From Thermoleophilia bacterium (GTDB lineage: Bacteria; Actinomycetota; Thermoleophilia; Gaiellales; JAICJC01), in NCBI GenBank assembly GCA_025927685.1, contig JAICKX010000001.1:13974-77973 (forward strand): DNA of 64,000 nt. The letters run 5' to 3'. Position 1 is the stretch's first letter. Each line of letters begins with the position of its first letter. Under the pieces are notes generated by a model that saw only the letters and a list, made by a program, of their open reading frames with translations, did not search any database and was not told where the DNA came from. Shown here piece after piece: positions 62,444-64,000 of the stretch. A program made the position numbers and the translations under genes.

Positions 62444-62812
62444 TCACCCTAGCGCTGCCCGGGGCGCGGACGGGCCAAACGCGTCGTCAGGCTGCGGGCG
62501 GGATGCTCGATTCAGGCGGAACACGTTCTCCGGGTCAACCGCCGCTTCAGTCGGATCTGCACGGCCGGCATCAGGCGGTCGAGACCCTTGCGCACGACGG
62601 CGCGCGGTGGCGCCTCGGGCGCCTCCGCCGCCGCGGATCGCCCAGAAGAGGTCCGGGTGCTCTCGGCGTCGACCTCGAGCACCCGGCCGTCGGCGGTGCG
62701 TCGCCGAAGCCGACCGTGCCGCGCAGCCGCCGCTGTGACCTCGCCCGTCGTGAGGCGGCCGCCTGCGTGCGCGAGCTGCGTGTCAGTCTCGATCGTGCGG
62801 CTACCGAACCGA
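62444..62812 (-). pseudogene. Decayed relic of a BBE-like FAD-linked oxidase gene
   Basis: The minus strand encodes, in two frames only ~35 codons apart, EHPDLFWAIRGGGG (the FAD-oxidase motif normally mid-protein) and VDPENVFRLN (the BBE-domain C-terminal motif). TIETDTQLAHAGGRLTTGEVTAAAARHG lies upstream. At least two frame changes and large internal deletions are implied. Confidence 0.5.
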
Positions 62813-62839
62813 GGGCGCCACGAGCGCCGCGGCTCCCCT

Positions 62840-64000
62840 ATGATCGCCGGCATCGATCCGGACGTCGCCGTCTCCGACCTGATGCAGGGCCTGCCGCCCG
62901 CGCCTGACCGGATCGTCGGCGTCCACAACTGGTCGACCTCTCCGCACCTGCGGTGGGGGTTCCTGCACACGCGCGAGGTCGTGCCGACGGCCCGGATCGA
63001 GCGCGGCGGCGGGCCGGTGCTGGAGCTCGCGGCCGCGCCGCGCGACCTGGACGCGGTCGAGTTCGCGTGGGCCGGCGGCCGGGCCACGGTGGCCGAGATG
63101 CTCGACACGACGTTCACCGACGGCTTCCTCGTGCTGCACGGCGGCCGGGTGGTGACGGAGCGGTACGGGCCGGGGATGACGCCGAGTACAACGCACCTGC
63201 TCCAGTCCGTGTCGAAGTCGATCGCCGGCACCGTCGCGGGCGTGCTCGTGGGGCGCGGGCTGGTCGACCCCGACGCGCCGGTCACGCGGTACGTCGACGA
63301 GCTCGCCGGGACGAGCTTCGAGGGAGCGACGGTGCGCGACGTGCTCGACATGCGCACGGGCACGGCGTACGACGAGACCTACGACAGCCCGGCCTCGGAC
63401 GTGTATCTGACCGAGGTGCTGGCCGGCTGGCGGCCGGCCGTGGGCCCGCTCGCGCTCGCCAACGTGTACGAGCAGCTCGCCGCCCTTCGAAACGCCCGCG
63501 AGCACGGGCTCGTCTTCGACTACCGCTCGATCCTGACCGAGCTCCTCGGGTGGATCATGGAGCGCGCCTCAGGCATGCGCTACCCGGAGCTCGTGAGCGA
63601 GGCGCTGTGGTCGCGGATCGGCGCCGAGCAGGACGCCGACATCACGATCCGCCACGGCGTGACGCTGCCCGACGGCGGCGTGTGCGCGACCCTCCGCGAC
63701 ATGGCCCGGTTCGCGCTCCTGCAGCTGCGCGACGGGCGCGTGGGGGAGGAGCAGGTGGTGCCGTCCGAGTGGCTGCGCGACACGCGCCGCGGCGACCAGG
63801 CGGCCCTCGACGCGTATGCCCGCGCCGAGGGCCTGGACGCCCATCCCGGCCAGATGTACCGCAACCAGTGGTGGGTGCTGGAACGCGACGTCGCCTACTC
63901 GGCCCTCGGCATCCACGGCCAGATGGTGTACGTGAACCTGCCGGCCGACGTGGCGTGCGTGAAGCTGTCGACGTGGCCCGCGCCGCTCGACGAGGGGCTC
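62840..64000 (+). CDS. Beta-lactamase-family serine hydrolase, 3' end off-window
   Basis: Absent from the ORF track because it has no stop before the window edge. ATG 62840, open for 387 codons, with the SxxK motif in LLQSVSKSIAG. Confidence 0.8.
   Translation, partial: MIAGIDPDVAVSDLMQGLPPAPDRIVGVHNWSTSPHLRWGFLHTREVVPTARIERGGGPVLELAAAPRDLDAVEFAWAGGRATVAEMLDTTFTDGFLVLHGGRVVTERYGPGMTPSTTHLLQSVSKSIAGTVAGVLVGRGLVDPDAPVTRYVDELAGTSFEGATVRDVLDMRTGTAYDETYDSPASDVYLTEVLAGWRPAVGPLALANVYEQLAALRNAREHGLVFDYRSILTELLGWIMERASGMRYPELVSEALWSRIGAEQDADITIRHGVTLPDGGVCATLRDMARFALLQLRDGRVGEEQVVPSEWLRDTRRGDQAALDAYARAEGLDAHPGQMYRNQWWVLERDVAYSALGIHGQMVYVNLPADVACVKLSTWPAPLDEGL

Overview
This is a 64 kb, very GC-rich chromosomal segment (about 70% or more by eye). 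The gene content looks Actinobacteria-like, possibly a deep-branching lineage such as Thermoleophilia or Rubrobacteria; that placement is an inference from uvrC-yvcK-whiA-gap-pgk-tpiA synteny, HemQ/ChdC and a CGNR zinc-finger regulator. I support about 70 protein-coding genes, 2 tRNAs (Leu-CAG, Gly-CCC), one decayed gene relic and one apparently frameshifted gene.

I found no rRNA, CRISPR array, transposase, integrase or recognisable defence system. The many very long Arg/Pro/Gly-rich ORFs in the six-frame track are antisense or out-of-frame artefacts of the high GC content.

Housekeeping core:
- uvrC, yvcK, whiA and a gap-pgk-tpiA-gpmI operon
- argS, hemQ/chdC with ridA, bcp and a beta-carbonic anhydrase

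Accessory-looking content:
- an MBOAT O-acyltransferase module followed by secreted proteins (RCC1-repeat, phosphoesterase, FN3-FN3-beta-helix)
- a PAS hybrid histidine kinase
- a divergent cluster of two PYROXD2/CrtI-like flavoproteins facing a homocysteine-methyltransferase-like plus GcvT-like pair
- an aminotransferase / PuuD-like amidohydrolase / aminotransferase operon with a neighbouring permease, SDR and MarR regulator
- an orphan TadE-TadE-TadG::NlpC/P60 trio
- a compositionally atypical two-lipoprotein islet next to tRNA-Gly

I did not recognise a clear-cut novel multi-gene system. The best candidates for follow-up are:
1. the PYROXD2-like / methyl-transfer cluster (8754-13998)
2. a tandem 68-nt non-coding element (3921-4078)
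3. a 290-bp hairpin-dense spacer carrying four copies of GGGGTCTGACCCC (17431-17728)
4. the TadG-NlpC/P60 fusion
5. a CTP-synthase-type glutaminase domain with the His and Glu of its catalytic triad replaced
6. a strong pattern of leaderless-type TANNNT boxes 6-8 nt upstream of start codons

All functional calls rest on motif recognition by eye and were not checked by database search.
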